Positions 61,281-64,000 of a DNA stretch of 64,000 nucleotides are shown here, piece by piece. The notes under the pieces were generated by a model. It was not told where the DNA came from and did not search any database. It worked only from the letters and a program-made list of their open reading frames with translations. Source of the stretch: Alphaproteobacteria bacterium. GTDB lineage: Bacteria; Pseudomonadota; Alphaproteobacteria; MPNO01; VGEU01. Made by a program: the position numbers and the translations under genes. Position 1 is the stretch's first letter, and each line of letters begins with the position of its first letter. The DNA is taken from contig VGEU01000001.1 of NCBI GenBank assembly GCA_016869145.1, positions 127,237 through 191,236 of the forward strand, given 5' to 3'.

Positions 61281-61886
61281 ATGGCCAAGATTCTCGAGAA
61301 ACTCGGCAACACGGTGATTGCGGGCTTCGTGCTCGCGGTCGTGCTGCTGATCATCGTTGTCCTGTGGCACAAGCAGGGCGCCGCCTTCGACCGCGCATGG
61401 TGGTCGTTCCTGTTCCGCTGGCTGCACGTCCTGAGCGGCATCATGTGGATCGGGCATCTCTACTATTTTAATTTCGTGCAGATCCCGGGCATGCCGAAGA
61501 TCCCGGCCGAGCAACGCCCGGCGGTGACCAAGGTCATCGCGCCGAGCGCGCTGTTCTGGTTCCGTTGGGGCGCGATGGCGACCCTGATCACGGGCCTCAT
61601 CCTCGCCTGGCTCAACGGCTACCTGATCGACGCGATCGCGATCGGCCTCACCGACGGCGTGCCGAAGCACACCATGATCGGCATCGGCATGTGGCTCGGC
61701 ACCATCATGTGGTTCAACGTCTGGTTCGTGATCTGGCCGAACCAGAAGCTCGCGCTCGGCATCGTCCAGACCGACGATGCGGGCCGCGCCAAGGCCGGCC
61801 GCACCGCGATGCTGTTCTCGCGGACCAACACGATGCTGTCGGTCCCGATGCTCTATGCGATGGTCTCGGCGCAGAACACGTTCTGA
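61281..61886 (+). CDS. DUF989 / urate-hydroxylase-N-terminal-like membrane protein
   Basis: Four to five TM helices; FRWLHVLSGIMWIGHLYYFNF resembles the conserved WxH..G..WIG..YF motif of the PuuD N-terminal membrane domain. Confidence 0.5.
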   Translation: MAKILEKLGNTVIAGFVLAVVLLIIVVLWHKQGAAFDRAWWSFLFRWLHVLSGIMWIGHLYYFNFVQIPGMPKIPAEQRPAVTKVIAPSALFWFRWGAMATLITGLILAWLNGYLIDAIAIGLTDGVPKHTMIGIGMWLGTIMWFNVWFVIWPNQKLALGIVQTDDAGRAKAGRTAMLFSRTNTMLSVPMLYAMVSAQNTF

Positions 61887-61913
61887 CCGCCCGACCGCTA
61901 TCGCCCGACGATC

Positions 61914-61947
61914 GGGGGAGGAGCCTTCGGGCTCCTCCCCTTTTCGT
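61914..61947 (+). terminator. rho-independent terminator after the DUF989 gene
   Basis: ggggaggagcc-ttcg-ggctcctcccc hairpin followed by tttt. Confidence 0.55.
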
Positions 61948-61958
61948 TCGCCCCGTCG

Positions 61959-62339
61959 CTATGCCACCGCCATCAGCGCGGCGGCGACGCGGCGGTCCTC
62001 GGCGAGAAGGACGTTGAAGGTCCGGCACGCGGCGCCGGTCGCCATGACGTCGGCGACAATGCCGCGATCCTTGAGTGCCGCGCGCAGCGCCGCCGGCAGG
62101 AACGCGGCGCGCGGGCCGGTGCCGATCAGGAGAACCGAGACCGCCGCGCCCGTCTCCCAGACCGGCGCCAGTGTCTCGAAAGTGAGTTCGGCCATCGCCG
62201 TCACCGGCCACGCCCGGGTCCGGTCGGGCAGGACGAGCACCGAGCCGGCATGGCTCGTGCCGGCGATGCGGAACCCGCCGCCGCCATAGGACTGGATGAC
62301 CTGTCGGCCCTCGGGGACGAGCGGTGTGATGTCGGCCAT
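61959..62339 (-). CDS. Mth938-like domain protein (DUF498)
   Basis: 126 aa; family-like sequence (IQSYGGGGFRIAG...VLLIGTG). Confidence 0.7.
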   Translation of the reverse strand: MADITPLVPEGRQVIQSYGGGGFRIAGTSHAGSVLVLPDRTRAWPVTAMAELTFETLAPVWETGAAVSVLLIGTGPRAAFLPAALRAALKDRGIVADVMATGAACRTFNVLLAEDRRVAAALMAVA

Positions 62340-62370
62340 GGCTCCCTCCCGGCAGGGCGCCGGGCGGCGA

Positions 62371-63945
62371 CTAAAGCGGGATCCGCCGCGGCTTCATCGA
62401 CTTGAGCCACACCACGACCATGAGGCGCGTCAGCATGATCGCGGTGAACATCGAGGTGATGATGCCGAACGAGAGCGTCACGGCGAAGCCCTTGACCGGG
62501 CCGGAGCCGAACTGGAACAGGAGCGCGGCGGCGATCAGCGTCGTCAGGTTGGCGTCGATGATGGTCGTGAAGGCGCGCTGGAAACCGGCATCGAGCGCCG
62601 AGATCGGCGAGCGGCCGGCGCGCTGCTCCTCGCGTATTCTTTCGAAGATGAGGACGTTGGCGTCGACCGACATGCCCATAGTCAGGACGATGCCCGCGAT
62701 CCCCGGCAGCGTGAGCGTCGATCCGAGGAGAGACATGCAGGTGAAGATCATGACCAGGTTGATCGACAACGCGAGGATCGCGAACACGCCGAACAGGCCA
62801 TAGACCGCGATCATGAATACGAGCACCAGCACCATCGCGATGGCGCAGGCGATCATCCCGGCGCGGATCGAATCGGCGCCGAGGCCCGGCCCGACCGTGC
62901 GCTCCTCGAGGATCGTGAGCGGGGCCGGCAGCGCGCCCGCCCGGAGGAGAAGGGCGAGATCCTGCGCCGTCTGCACGGTGAAGCGGCCGGAGATGATGCC
63001 GGCGCCGCCGAGGATCGGCTCGCGGATGACCGGCGCGCTGATCACCTTGTTGTCGAGGACGATCGCGAAGGGCCGGCCGACATTCTCCTTGGTGGCCTCG
63101 CCGAAGCGGCGACCGCCGGCGCTGTCGAACCTGAAGCTGACGACCGGCTGGCCTTCCTGGAACGTCGCCTGGGCGTCGGTGAGAGAATCGCCGCTCACCA
63201 TCACGCGCTTGCGGACCACGTAGTTCCGCGGCTGGCCGTTCGCCTCGACCTCGCCATCGGACGGCAGGAGCTCGGATCCGACCGGCACGCGCCCGCCGCG
63301 CACGTCCTCGGCGGTCGTCGTCGGATCGACGAGCCGGAAGCTCATCTTGGCCGTCTTGCCGAGGAGCGACTTGATCCGTTCCGGATCGTTGAGGCCGGGG
63401 AGCTGGACGAGAATGCGTTGGTCGCCCTGGCGCTGGATGGTCGGCTCGCGCGTGCCGGTCTCGTCGACCCGGCGGCGCACGATCTCGATCGACTGATCGA
63501 CCGTCTGGCGCCGCGTCTCGATCAGCCGGGCCTCGGTGAATCCGATGGTGAATCTCGGCCCGTCGACCGCGATATCGAGCTCCGGCTCGAGGCGGCGGAA
63601 CAGCGCCCGTGTCTTCTCGGCATCGGCAGCGCGGACCAGCGAGAACACGACCTTGTCGTTCTCGACCCCGAGACCGGTGTAGTTGATCTGCTCGGTGCGG
63701 AGCGCCCCGCGGGCGGAATCGACGACGCCGTTGAGCCGCTCGCGCACCACGGCCGCCGTGTCGACCTCGAGGAGAAGCTGCGAGCCGCCCTGAAGGTCGA
63801 GGCCGAGCGTGACCTGGTCGCGCGGCGCCCAGCGCGGCAGTGCCTCGGCGTCGCCGCGGCTCAGGAGATTGGGCGCCGCATAGAGGAGCGACAAGACGCA
63901 GATGAGGACGATCGTGACGATCTTCCAGGGGGCGAAATAGATCAT
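62371..63945 (-). CDS. secD: protein translocase subunit SecD
   Basis: 524 aa; large periplasmic domain plus a C-terminal 6-TM domain with SecD motifs; no secF follows. Confidence 0.9.
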   Translation of the reverse strand: MIYFAPWKIVTIVLICVLSLLYAAPNLLSRGDAEALPRWAPRDQVTLGLDLQGGSQLLLEVDTAAVVRERLNGVVDSARGALRTEQINYTGLGVENDKVVFSLVRAADAEKTRALFRRLEPELDIAVDGPRFTIGFTEARLIETRRQTVDQSIEIVRRRVDETGTREPTIQRQGDQRILVQLPGLNDPERIKSLLGKTAKMSFRLVDPTTTAEDVRGGRVPVGSELLPSDGEVEANGQPRNYVVRKRVMVSGDSLTDAQATFQEGQPVVSFRFDSAGGRRFGEATKENVGRPFAIVLDNKVISAPVIREPILGGAGIISGRFTVQTAQDLALLLRAGALPAPLTILEERTVGPGLGADSIRAGMIACAIAMVLVLVFMIAVYGLFGVFAILALSINLVMIFTCMSLLGSTLTLPGIAGIVLTMGMSVDANVLIFERIREEQRAGRSPISALDAGFQRAFTTIIDANLTTLIAAALLFQFGSGPVKGFAVTLSFGIITSMFTAIMLTRLMVVVWLKSMKPRRIPL

Positions 63946-64000
63946 CCCAGCGTCCTAGCTCTACGGGGTCCTAGCTCGACAGCGTCCCAGCTTGCCCGCG

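Overview
This is a high-GC (~70%) chromosomal segment from an alphaproteobacterium-like genome; no mobile-element, CRISPR, restriction-modification or toxin-antitoxin signatures were seen. Housekeeping anchors include coaD, gyrA, ssb, uvrA, trmFO, secD and a tRNA-Lys(UUU). Around them sit accessory catabolic and transport genes. Catabolic genes: hydantoinase A/B with a Rieske oxygenase, an SDR and a DUF35 protein; CoA-transferase A/B; a Rieske alpha/beta dioxygenase; 2OG and PhyH dioxygenases; an acyl-CoA synthetase with a D-aminoacylase. Uptake systems come from four organic-acid families: one orphan TRAP DctP, one complete TRAP DctPQM set, a TAXI solute receptor with a fused TRAP permease, and TctABC. 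There are also two MFS exporters, CorA, an orphan Flp pilin and hopanoid-type hpnE. The main result of the hunt is a cluster of gene disruptions confined to accessory genes. Five in-frame TAG codons lie inside otherwise continuous, domain-conserved reading frames: two in a CPA1 Na+/H+ antiporter with a cNMP-binding domain, one in tctC, and one or two in an MltF-like lytic transglycosylase with a C-terminal SNase nuclease domain. There are also frameshifts: a 1-nt deletion inside the DTGIGI motif of a hybrid histidine kinase, two in the antiporter, and a likely C-terminal one in a 2-hydroxyacid dehydrogenase. The long housekeeping genes are all intact. This points to real pseudogenisation or, less likely, amber read-through. 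Other items are a 14-bp x4 tandem repeat inside the TAXI-TRAP operon, a 24-bp tandem duplication upstream of the mltF-like gene, a 16-bp perfect inverted repeat plus AT-rich island in front of the Flp pilin gene, a long structured leader before a DUF989 membrane protein, and a squalene/phytoene-synthase-like protein that lacks both Asp-rich motifs. Many additional six-frame ORFs are GC-rich frame artefacts and were not called.
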